Shown one piece after another: positions 11,444 through 26,945 of a stretch of DNA of 37,514 nt. The DNA is from Octopus sinensis. Lineage: Eukaryota. Position numbers and translations under genes: made by a program. Numbering within the stretch: the stretch's first letter is position 1; the number at the start of each line of letters is the position of its first letter. The stretch covers positions 1 through 37,514 of the forward strand of contig NW_021826230.1 in assembly GCF_006345805.1 (NCBI RefSeq). The letters are read 5' to 3'. Under the pieces are notes generated by a model. That model saw only the letters and a list, made by a program, of their open reading frames with translations. It ran no database searches and was not told where the DNA came from.

Positions 11444-11841
11444 CTTTCTCCTGTAGGCACAACGCCTGGCAAGTTAGGGGCGGGTGTAGCTCGTTTAGAT
11501 CAACCCCAATGTTCACCTGGTACTTATATTATTGATCTCCGAAAGGCTGAACGGTAAACTCGGCCTCGACAGAATTTGAACTCTGAACGTTAAGATGCTA
11601 AGCTTTTCACCCGGCGTGCTAACATTTCTTATTTCTTTATTGCCCACAAGGGGCTAAAGATAGAGGGGACAAACAAGGACACACAAACGGATTAAGTCGA
11701 TTACATCGACCCCAGTGCGTAACTGGTAATTAATTTATCGACCCCGAAAGAATGAAAGGCAAAGTCGACCTCCGCAAAATTTGAACTCAGAACGTAGCGT
11801 CATTTCGCCCGGCGTGCTAACGTTTCTGCCAGCTCGCCGCC
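11444..11841 (-). mobile_element. SINE family 1 dimer: tail-A copy (11630-11841) fused to an older headless tail-B copy (11444-11629)
   Basis: Minus-strand junction CTTGTGGGCAATAAAGAAATA|AGAAATGTTAGCACGCC. Confidence 0.9.
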
Positions 11842-11857
11842 ATTAGTAATTAATAAT

Positions 11858-12359
11858 CCTTTCTAATATAGGCACAAGGCCTGAAATTTTTGGGGAGGAG
11901 TTAAATCGATTATATCGACTGCAGTGTTTCACTAATACTTAATGATTCGACCCCGAAAGGGATGAAACGATGACACGTAAAGGTGGCCGAAATGTCGCTG
12001 AGCAGTTTGCCCAACCTGTTGACGATTCCGCCAGCTCGTCGCCTTCGCCCGTTCACCGCTATTATTATTATTATTAATAATGATGCTTTCAAGTTTTGAT
12101 ACGAGGCCAACATTTTTAGTGTTAGGGATAAGACAATTACATCGACGCCAGTGCGTAACTGGTACTTAATTTAACGACCCCGAAAGGAGGAAAGGCAAAG
12201 TCAACCACGGCGGAATTTGAACTCGGAACATAAAGACGGACGAAATGCCGCTAAGCATTTTCCTCGGCGTGCTCATGATTCTCCCGGCTCACAGCCTTAT
12301 GTAATAATGAGAAGACGAAGAAGAAGAAGAAGAAGAAGAAGAAGAAGAAGAAGAAGAAG

Positions 12360-12390
<31 letters not shown>

Positions 12391-12809
12391 CTCGAATTTT
12401 GCCACAAAGGTAGCAATTTCGGAGGAGGGGATGAGTCGATTATATTGACCCCAGTGTTTAACTGTTACTCATTTTATCGATCTTGAATGGTTTAAAGACA
12501 AGATCGTTCCACTGGCATTTAAATCCAAAATATAAAAATCCCCAAAAATGCTGGAAAACTATTTTTCGGCGCAGAAACGATTCTGCTTTCTTCTTTGTTG
12601 CTTTCTCTAATATGTCAACTCGAATATTATTGATGATGGCTTGGAGATATTTATAGGCGGAAAGTCAGCAATTTCAATGGAAAGGTGTACTGACTCCTTT
12701 GACCTCAGTGCTCAACTGGTACTTGTTTTATCAAGCCCCGAAAATATGAGAAGCAAAGTCGACCCCGGCAGGATTTGATCTCAGAACGTAAAGACCGATG
12801 GAATTCTGC
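11858..12809 (-). mobile_element. Four further family-1 SINEs in tandem (about 11858-12045, 12085-12298, 12390-12590, 12668-12809)
   Basis: Each shows the family body in minus orientation; spacers include (TAT)n and (AGA)n at 12317-12388. Confidence 0.88.
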
Positions 12810-13300
12810 ATCCCACAGTTCCGGTTTCAACTGAACCACTAAGTGCACCAATCAAAGACACCCCTCTTCCATTCACTTTCTCCATCCTTCCGGGCGTCCA
12901 TTTAGAGTGGGCCTTTCACCCCAGGCAGCCTCAGGACATTTTCCTACTTCTTAGGAACTTTCCAGCACCTCCCACTCAACACACGCTTTCCTTTTGCAAA
13001 CAGAATTTGAAAAAGTCGCTGCGTGCCTAGACAAAGAGTTCAGTGACAACCTTCAGCCCTTACAGTCTCCCCTACCGGACAACCTCTTTTGCCAAAGCCA
13101 CCAGACTGGAAAACTGCCTGCCCTTGTCAGACAAAGGTGGAGAAGGGATCCCCACGAAGTGATCGGGTGAAAGCCGGATCTGTCCAAAACAAAAATGACA
13201 AATACTCGGCATAACTCCGCCAGTCGGCACTGCTCGAGCAGTGTACGAGCGCATGCGCGACGCTTTGTCGTCTGCGCGCGTCTGAGGCAGGTTGAGCCTT
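12810..13300 (-). mobile_element. L1/Tx1-like LINE, ORF2 C-terminal fragment
   Basis: CLRRAQ...AHALVHC (degenerate CCHC), GQIRLS, LVALAKEVVR*GRL*GLK, DFFKFCLQK; homologous to 32879-33318. Confidence 0.8.
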
Positions 13301-13419
13301 GTTCTTTGTTAAAGATTACAATCGTCAAATCAATTGCGTTGTTTATACACAATTCCGAAATTGCACGCGCACACACAACACACGCAAAGGAGAGAATAAA
13401 GAGAGAGTGAGAAAGAATG

Positions 13420-13427
13420 ACAGACAC

Positions 13428-13472
<45 letters not shown>

Positions 13473-13728
13473 TCATCTCCACAGCTTATCATTATTTTAT
13501 TACTCTTATTTTTGCTGTAATGTTTACTGTAACAATATAAATATATATACACACTGTGTGTATACTCTTTATAATAAATGTAAATGAAATACAACGAAAT
13601 CAACAACAAAACATGCCTTGGATTCGTTATATATTTCAGCGAGACTCTGTGTCTGGATATGTGTGTGTGTGTAAGTCTGTGTGTGTGTGTGTGTGTGTAA
13701 GTCTGTGTGTGTGTAAGTCTGTGTGTGT

Positions 13729-13764
<36 letters not shown>
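13420..13764. repeat. (GACA)n and (TG)n with repeated AAGTC interruptions
   Basis: Directly visible at 13420-13470 and 13660-13764. Confidence 0.9.
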
Positions 13765-13766
<2 letters not shown>

Positions 13767-13934
13767 AACTGCCTCTCGAAATGAAAAACGTGTTTGCATG
13801 CAGCATGTCTTCGCTAATAGTTTAATGTTGTATAAACAAGTGGAACGGTGCAAAAGCTAACGTCTTCACAAATCTGTCAAGTGTTCAATCAATCCCCACT
13901 CGTTTACGTCGGGGTTTCTGGCAAGGGACGTGTT

Positions 13935-14959
13935 TTGAAACACTTTATTCAACACCTCTTCATTAATTGTTTTAATAGTCTTCGTGTTGAGATTGTTAGA
14001 ATGATAACTTCGATAGACTGGCGCCGTATCCAGGTCCCCATCTACCTTTCACATTCAGTTTGCGCCAATTTTCAAAGTCAACCATAGAAGTAATTCGAAA
14101 CTTCGACATAAGAAATTCCATTTTTATTAAATGACCTCATCAGTTTTTTTCTTAATATTTGATGTTAAATAAAGACTTGCCTATTTAATACTTTTATGAA
14201 CCCGTTTATCATTCCCATTTCTTTTTCTTTTTTGTCTTTAAATGATGATATAATACGTTTTGTCTAAAGAAGAATTTTCGTACACGGCGAAATTCCTCAC
14301 TCGCAATTTTTCGGCCACAGACCTCGGTTACTCAAATGACCTTCGATCGTAAAAATTCATAGATATAATAAAGAAAACAATTACTTTTCTTTAACTTACA
14401 TCCAAGCCACTTAGACTTCGTCTGGGACTTTCTTAGTAAAACCTTATAAAAGACAAAATAACCGTTACTGTGAGGCAATGTAAAAAAAAGCAGCAAATTA
14501 CACGACCGAAATAGACAGCTTGATAAAACTAACATAGACCCTTACTTCTGTTATGTTTGCAGGCCTTTGTATCTTTTAGTGAGAAAACCCCTAAATTAAG
14601 ACACTGAAATCGAAAGAAATCAAAGTTTTATATTTCAAAGGAAGGCTTATCACAAAGTCCCCAAATTTAACCTCGTATATTTCTTCTAGTTCATCCTTCT
14701 TTTCCTGCGCCAATGTTCCTCTTATCAACATGTACACATCCTTAAGTTCCTTTTCAAGTTTCTCCTCCTCATCTTTCGACAATACTACTTCCATTCTCTC
14801 ATGCCAGCCATCTGGCATGTCGACCTTTCCCCATATTTTTAATCTTTCATATAAATATTCGCTGTCAATAATACCTATACGATATTCTTCAGGGTGGGGG
14901 TTGAGGCTGAGAAGTAACTGTATATCATAAATGACGTGGCGAATGCAATTGGTACATAA
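13935..14959 (-). pseudogene. Unidentified coding-like relic, possibly an L1-like ORF2 3' region
   Basis: 122 stop-free non-repetitive codons at 14594-14959, broken frames downstream, AATAAAGTGTTTCAAAA near 13945; no diagnostic motif. Confidence 0.3.
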
Positions 14960-15392
14960 TTATTTCGTCACAAATAGAAAGACTTTTCGTGTGCTTTGCT
15001 ATCCGAAAGTTCCTCTTGTTACTTTCCCTTACACAAACAGCTACCATTTCAGAAAAAAACAAAAAAGAACCTCAACTTCAATAACCCCTAAATGCTTTCA
15101 TGCAGACTTAGATTAGTTTCCTGCTTGTTTATTGACTGCACATTGAAACGACTGAACCTATGTCTGATGCTGTATACATGTGAAGATTGGCAACGATGAT
15201 CGTTCGTTTGTTTATATCTGAAGGTCTAATGTGATGTTTGAAAAAGTACTTAATCCCAATATTTATGTAAGTGAGTGTGTGAGTGCGTGTGTGTGTTCAT
15301 GTGTGTCCAAACATACATACAAATACACAAATATACGTATATACATATATACAAACACAAACACAGACACATACACAAACACACACACACTC

Positions 15393-15655
15393 ATATACAT
15401 ACACACAGACACGTGAACACACACTTACACGCGCACACAGACACGCACAGACACTCACACACACACTCACACACACATATACATACACACAGACACGCGA
15501 ACACACACTTACACGCGCACACAGACACGCACAGACACACACACACTCACACACACATATACATACACACAGACACGCGAACATACACTTACACGCGCAC
15601 ACAGACACGCACACACACACACTCACACACACTCACACACACACATACACACATA
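15393..15655. repeat. CA-rich minisatellite, 3 units of about 80 bp
   Basis: TATACATACACACAGACACG(T/C)GAACA...CTTACACGCGCACACAGACACGCAC occurs three times. Confidence 0.9.
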
Positions 15656-15954
15656 TATATCTGAAAATATCTATGCATATATATTTCTATACAAGATAAT
15701 TACAAGCGAGAAAATATTGTTATAGAGGAGATCTACACATGTGTGTTCGAGAATATCGAGAGAAAACGAGGCAGAGATTTCTAACAAAATACACAGAGAA
15801 CCAAAGCAACTCAGAATAATAGGGAAGACAGATAGAAATCTCGTTATCTGATGGCATAAACGCTTATATACACATACATCTAATCCATATACACATACAG
15901 ACAGACAGACAGATACACACATAAACATATACACATATACACATACACATGTTT

Positions 15955-15959
15955 TCATG

Positions 15960-16037
<78 letters not shown>

Positions 16038-16757
16038 TATATATGTATATATATATGTGTTTGTATATGTATTTATGCATATATGTACGTTTCTCCCTAC
16101 ACACATATATTGGTAGATTTAGACAGGCACACGTAGATAAATTCATGGCTTATTTGTTCGATAAATGTAATATGCGTGTGTATACCTGTACGAGTGCGTA
16201 ACTCTGTATGTATCTGTGTGTGTGCATATGTGTGTGTGTGCGTGTGTATATGTGTATGAAATGAAAGGGAGCTGCCTATATAATCTAGTCCACAGTTCAC
16301 TCTTTTCCCCAAACACGACTTAACGAATTGTCCGCCATATTCAATTGCAGCAATTGTTTATAAATGTTTTATCTTCTCTGTAATTTGTGTATATATAAAG
16401 CATATACAATGACATGTCAGCTATACACGCGTTCATAGAACGTTCTTCCGTTGTTTATAACGTTGTTTAGAAACTCAATTGGCAATGTTTTCCTTGAATG
16501 CAACGAAATACCTGCGCCGAGTCCAGAGCAGCATATGCGTGTGTGTGTATGTGTGTGCATGTATATGTACTTATGCATGTATGCGTGTATATATATGTGT
16601 GTGTATGTATATGCGTGTATACTTGCATATGTATGTTTGTAGATATGTATATATATCTATATATGCATTTATATATATACATATATTTATGTGCATATAT
16701 ATATACATATATATATATATATGTGCATATATATACACATATATATATATATATATA

Positions 16758-16813
<56 letters not shown>

Positions 16814-17006
16814 ATATATACTATATATATATATATATATATATATACACAAACACTCAATTATGCATGCATACATAAACATACACACAGACCAGACATG
16901 GAAGTTAATAAGCATTAATCTCCGCATATGCAGAAATTTGTAAGCAAAGTGTTTGTGTGTCTGCATATACATACATACACAAACACACACACACACCACA
17001 CACACA

Positions 17007-17066
<60 letters not shown>

Positions 17067-17227
17067 ATATATATATAAGGACATACATGTGTGCGGTGGG
17101 CCTGTACACACATAATCATATGTGTTTATAAAAAATATAGGAAAATTAAGATAGAAATATCTGTATATATATATATACATACCTATATTTCTGCATATAT
17201 GCATACACGTACTTAAAATATTAAGCC

Positions 17228-17259
<32 letters not shown>

Positions 17260-17294
17260 TGTATGTATGTATGTATGTATGTATGTATGTATGT
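15955..17294. repeat. (TA)n, (TG)n and (TATG)n arrays with short spacers
   Basis: Directly visible. Confidence 0.9.
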
Positions 17295-17994
17295 GACAAT
17301 ACTTAAGTGTACGTCCCGTCCGGCAGGTTCTATTAATTGAGCTTTTGCCGAGACCCTGGCAGGTGTTTCTACTCCGGTTCAAATTAGAACTGAGAACGAT
17401 AGAGGCTAAGAAGTGTCTCCTCCCTCCTGTAAACGCCTGAACTCCTTAAGCAAGGACCCTACAACCGAATGTTGTTTAAAGTCATACAAACGATCTAATC
17501 CGGTTGCAATTGTACAAATCTGCTGGGAGGCAGCAAGAGACAGTCACCTCGTATATACAGGGTGTTCAAAAGGTCTCTCTGTAATAAGTGTTTTACTGAA
17601 AACAAATACTTCTCAGTGATTCCAACACAGAATATATCTGTGGCACATAATGTGTCTGTCGTACCAGTTCTTATCGCTGCATTTGTGTATATGACTGAAA
17701 ATCTGTAACTGTTGTTGTGAAATCTGCAAAATTCCCGAGAAATTTTGTGCTATTGAGTCTCTCCATTAACACGGAAAACATGAAGGCATGAGCTTAACAT
17801 CGTTTCAAACAGGCCTTCAATGTTGTGTCATTTCGACAGAACTTACTTGACAATATGCGTCCGTCTACACGCGTGTCTGTAGTTCTGTTATATGTATGAG
17901 GGACAAAAAACATTGCGAGGGGCTCAAAAGAGACTCTTGAGATTATTTCCTACCTGCGAAACTACAACACTGATGACTTATATAAAAAAGACAA

Positions 17995-18140
17995 AATATC
18001 TTTCGTTGTTCGTTCCGACTCATTATTTTCTGAGTTCAGTTTCGTCGAGGGCCAATATCATCCTTAATCTTTGATAAAATGGCGTAGTAGTCAAGCATTA
18101 GGGTTGATGGTATAGACAAACCCCCTCCCCTCAAAATTTT
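17995..18140 (+). mobile_element. SINE family 1, heavily decayed
   Basis: TTCTGAGTTCAGTTTCGTCGAGG ... CCCCCTCCCCTCAAAATTT. Confidence 0.6.
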
Positions 18141-18159
18141 TGATAATTAATCGAACTTT

Positions 18160-19100
18160 AAAGCCCTCTATGGGTGGAAATAGCATCATGAGAACTTCAA
18201 AGAAGCTCCTTGACATTAGGTTCTGACGAATGAAATGCAATACACAGCCTGGGAACTTACACAGCTCTTTAGCAACAACATACTGAAATAGGCTTTGCTT
18301 ATAAAATGGTTGCTGTCAGAAATCTCCACAATACCAGTAACATAATTAACCAGAATAGTTCCTCATGGACCAACAACCGTCCGTTTTATGTACTCCCGTT
18401 TTGATGGATAGGCTTTGGGGGAAACACGAACACGAAATAACTGTATAGTTGATATACAAAAGACTTAGGGATACAAGTAAAACATTTAGATGTGACAACC
18501 GATGGAGACTTGAGAGAGTGAAGACTAAAGGTAAGGCCAACAACATAAGCAGATCTGCGAAAATGTCATCACGTTACCTTCTACTAATGAAACTTGATGT
18601 TAGACTAAAATATTATTAAATACACTTTGCGGAATTGTTAGTCTATGAGAACAAAGCATAAAAGATTACAGTAATATTAAGAGCAAACACAGCAGAAATA
18701 TGAAGGAATATTGGAAGACTATTCGTATTGCAGTCAAAATCTCCGTAAAATATCAACGCAACAGACCAGATATAATGATGAGGACAAAGCAAAGAGCGTG
18801 TGCAGAGGAGTGGAAATCAGTTGCCAGTCAGACACAACGATAATGGTAAAGTTAAGAGAAAACATTTCTGTTGAAATAATAAGCAATCTGTAAGAACGCC
18901 ATCTGGAGTTTGACTTTAGATTTATCACTGTAATGATTGAGGAATTTGTCCGTAGAATGGACAGCTTCCATGGAAATACTGAAGTCTTGGCACTCACAGG
19001 AGCAGAAGAAGCTCGGCTAATTTGGAAATAATTAAAATTGCAAACCATTAAGGAAAGAGTGGAATTAAGTATTTGAGAAACTTGAACATTTCTATGTAGA
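18160..19100 (+). mobile_element. Decayed RLE-clade (R4/Dong-like) retrotransposon, zinc knuckle + RLE, distinct subfamily
   Basis: HEHEITV*LIYKRLRD, CDNRWRL...SAKMSSRYLLLMKLDV (degenerate CCHC/RHD), KEYW...RNRPDIM, VEISCQSD (PD..E nuclease motif), FRFITVMI. Confidence 0.78.
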
Positions 19101-19650
19101 GAAAGAGTAAAACATGAAAATATTATCTCCCCACCTCTCTCTCTTTCTCTGTCTCTCTCTCTTTCTCTCCTCTCTCTCTCTCCACTCTCTCTCACCCTCT
19201 TTCTCTCTCATACACACACATACATACATAAATACATACGTACGTGTATACATACATACATATATACATACACACATACATACTTACATGCATGACATCA
19301 TTTACGTGATTGCAGCGACGAAGCTTTTTACGTTTGTTAGAAACCAGTTCCTTCTTCAGAGGAAGAATTTCAATAATAAAACACGGAAGAGCACACACAT
19401 ACATATATGCTTGCATACATACACGCATACTCTCTCCTTCACACAAACATACTCGCATATTCATATATGCTTCTATACATACACACATACTTACACACAC
19501 ATACGTATATGCTTGTATACATACATACTCACATACGTATATGCTCACACACATACATATATGATTGCATACATACACGCATACTTACACATACATACAT
19601 ACATACATACATACATACATACATACATACATACATACATACATACATAC

Positions 19651-19765
19651 AAAGAAAAATACCCTGTTGTTGATTTTGAAATTCCAATGAAGGAGTCTTG
19701 GATCTGGGTTAGAAACCGGTTCTTTCTCTATTGGCAAGAAATCTTGAAATAAACTGAACAATGGC
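19651..19765. mobile_element. Short structured insert beside (TACA)n, probable retroelement 3' tip
   Basis: Unique ~115 bp with a long imperfect stem and AATAAA; shares a 15-mer with 19336-19350. Confidence 0.4.
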
Positions 19766-19989
19766 ATATATACAAAAAAAACTTCAAATAACTAAAAATA
19801 AAAGTGAACCTAAATATACATGCACACGCATGCGCGTGGCCTTCTGGTTTGTGAGTTAAACTCTTAATCATAAGCTCTTGAAGTTGTTTCGTTGAGCAAG
19901 ACCCTTCACTTATTTCCCTCTACTCAACCGTAATCTGTACAAACTGACCATTGCGCCCTGATTCAATCTGTCTCTCAGTTATTGTCACA

Positions 19990-21400
19990 TCTCATATCTT
20001 CAGCTGGTACAAGCTGAAGCGGGTGGCGAGAAGATGGATCGGTTTTATTCGTTAAATAAATGACGAACCGAGTTATAAAAAAAAACTGCATCATCCAGTG
20101 TCTCAATGGTTTCGTACGAAATAAGCGATTGGTTTGTGAGAAGGATCTGCGAGAATGCTCTTGGAGAAGTGGGAGTCGACAACGACAGAAGAAATATGTG
20201 CAAAGAAGGATATTCTTGGAGTTGATATCCTGGAAGGCCCAAAAAATGTGTTTAGTACGGCATATAAAGCTAAACACAACATGGCTGTCAAGGGGATGTG
20301 AAGAGTCCATCGGTAGAGACCTGCGCCATTATTGATAAATAACTGAAGAAAAGTTTTGTCAATTGTAACGCATATTTATTCTTAGGGTTTTGAATTAATC
20401 AGACATTATCCCAAAGCTTAAGGCGGCGAGCTGGCAGAAACGTTAGCACGCCGGGCGAAATGCTTAGCGGTATTTCGTCTGTCTTTACGTTCTGAGTTCA
20501 AATTCCGCCGTGGTCGACTTTGCCTTTCATCCTTTCGGGGTCGATTAAATAAGTACCAGTTACGCACTGGGGTCGATATAATCGACTTAATCGGTTTGTC
20601 TGTCCTTGTTTGTCCTGTCTGTGTTTAGCCCCTTGTGGGTAGTAAAGAAATAGGTATTTCGTCTTCCCTTACGTTCTGAGTTCAAATTCCGCCGCAGTCG
20701 ACTTTGCCTTTCATCCTTTTGGGGTCGATAAATTAGGTACCAGTTATGCACTGGGGTCGATATAATCGGCTTAATCCGTTTGTCTGTCCTTGTTTGTCCC
20801 CTCGGTGTTTAGCCCCTTGTGAGTAGTAAAGAAATAGGTATTTCATGTGCCGCTACTTTCTGAGTTCAAATTCCGCCGAGGTCGATTTTGCCTTTCATCC
20901 TTTTGGGGCCAATAAACTAAGTACCAGTTGCGTACTGGGGTCAATCTAATCGACTGCCCCCACTCCCCAAACAATTCGGGCCGTGTCCCTAGATTAGAAA
21001 AGATTGCCCCATAGCTTCCATATTTCGATGATGTGCTTGTTGGTTTTCGCAAAGACATTGAAGGAAAAGTGAGAGAGGCAGATTAAACATAACACACGTC
21101 GGATATTCTGACCGGATGTGGCCGATTTAAATATTGAAGGATTGGAATAATCTCGAATGAAGTGGCCACAGCAGAGGATCGAACCAAGTATGTTGGCTCG
21201 ACTTGCTTCTGTGTAGACTGGAAACATTTAATTGTATGTTTATTGGAAAGGGATACTCGTCGAGAGAGGTGAATTTTATTAACTGTTAGAACATAGGACA
21301 AAGTACTTTGAAGTAAGTTACCAGGTTGTGTACGTTCTGGAAATTGGTACCAAACTGCCGATAGTTACATTTCGTTTGTACCTTTCGGTAGATTGAAAAG
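19990..21400 (+). mobile_element. Probable decayed hAT (Charlie/GTF2IRD2-type) transposase, interrupted by the SINE trimer
   Basis: Colinear fragments VSYEIS, TEEICAKK, SIGRDL and, after the SINE, VAT...PSML; highly degenerate. Confidence 0.45.
20422..21002 (+). mobile_element. SINE family 1 trimer: full tail-A copy, headless tail-A copy, headless tail-B copy
   Basis: GGTATTTC at 20469, 20653 and 20837 (184-bp period); degenerate TSD 20405-20419 / 21003-21017 (12/15). Confidence 0.95.
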
Positions 21401-21519
21401 GGAACAGTTTTTACAGAATGAGAAACGAAAATCCTTAGGACCCGTGGAGAGCTTTCCCAGCGTAATATTTTGGCCAAAGGTGACCAACATTTCCCAATCG
21501 TCACATTTTCACCTTATAT

Positions 21520-25670
<4,151 letters not shown>

Positions 25671-26166
25671 AGACGTTTCGATATCGACTTCGTTTCTAAT
25701 TCGTATGATTAACCTCGAACTCCAACTTCTCAAACTGAACGGCAGAGAGATGTGTGTCATGACCTTTGGGGTCAGCGGTCAAACACCACTGAATATTTTT
25801 GTCTTATGAAGTGTGTCTGGGGCAATATTTAGATCGTCGGTGCCGGCGATATATCCGAAAATAAAGAGGCCTTCATGTTTATCAATCGAAATGGTAGAAA
25901 GAGCAGCTAAACTTCCCTTACAACCTCTTCTACACAATTCTATTTTGCGCAATTCTATTTCGATTTCGTTTTCTCTTGTCCAGTATTGACGACTCCATTA
26001 TCTTTTACCCACACCCCTACTCCTCCCTCCTCTCTCTCTCTCTCTCTCTCTCTAAGTAACTATATTCATGTGAGTGTGTGTATGTATATGTGCTTATATA
26101 TATAAATAATATAAAATATATATAATATATATATATATATATTATATTATAAACACATATATATAT

Positions 26167-26610
26167 TCTTTTGCTTGTTTCAGTTATTTGAGTGCGGCCA
26201 TGTTGGAGCACCACGTTGGAGGGTTTTAGTCGAACAAATCGACCTCAGGACTTATTCTTTGTAAGCCTATTTATTATCCTGTCAGTCCATTTTTACCGAA
26301 ACGCTAAGTTATGGGGGCATAAACACACCAGCATCGGTTGTCAATCGATGGCCGGTGGGGGGGGACAAACACAGACACACATAAATATATACATATACAT
26401 ACACAGATATCCACACACACACATACACACACACATATACATGTATATATATATATATACGATAGGCTTCTTTCAGTTTCTATCTACCAAATCCACACAC
26501 AAAGCTTTAGTCAGCCTGAGGCTAAAGTAGAAAACACCTGTCCACGGTGCCACGCAGAGGGACTGAACCCGCAACCCATGTTGTTGGGGACCAAGATTCT
26601 TACCCACTCC
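26167..26610 (-). mobile_element. SINE family 2, near full length
   Basis: Colinear with 8110-8560; B-box-like GGGTTCAGTCCC and core-like GGCACCGTGGACAGGTG on minus strand. Confidence 0.88.
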
Positions 26611-26772
26611 CTTTCTGTATGCTTTGCTTTTTGTTATATTTACGTCCAATATATTATAAGGTAGTGAAGAACCCTCTATGAGGTTGCTTAACCTACTCAA
26701 TATAGTTGTCTATTCTCCCTCTATGCTCTCAGATCACACTGCTTCTCTCCAAAAACCATATAATGTAGTCAT

Positions 26773-26904
26773 ATGGCGCCCGTAGAAATAAAACTGGATG
26801 GCCACATTTGGAATATCATTGTGTTTGACTCGGGTCAGCGTATGTCTATCATAACAGAATATTATGTGGCTAATATTGACGTCAGTAGCGACTTTGTCAA
26901 TTGA
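26773..26904 (+). pseudogene. Retropepsin-like (aspartic protease) fragment
   Basis: MAPVEIKLDGHIWNIIVFDSGQRMSIITEYYVANIDVSSDFVN* fits hh-DSG-xxx-S-hh; no gag or RT seen nearby. Confidence 0.35.
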
Positions 26905-26945
26905 TTGTGTCTGTGACGTCACTTGGATCTATGTCCGTGACGTAA
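26877..26945. promoter_or_regulatory. Cluster of three CRE/ATF motifs
   Basis: TGACGTCA 26877-26884, TGACGTCA 26914-26921, TGACGTAA 26938-26945; function unproven. Confidence 0.4.

Noticed and set aside
14090-14145. Hammerhead ribozyme at minus-strand CTGATGAG (also checked 17970, 18223, 28563)
   Set aside because: No stem II closed by GAAA with compatible stems I and III
17558-17571. Tc1/mariner TIR TA|CAGGGTGTTCAAAA
   Set aside because: No partner TIR or transposase motif found
20422-20510. tRNA gene
   Set aside because: A/B-box-like motifs only; runs into a multicopy SINE body, and I could not fold a cloverleaf
20469-21002. CRISPR-like array
   Set aside because: Units are homologous along their length with no unique spacers; eukaryotic SINE
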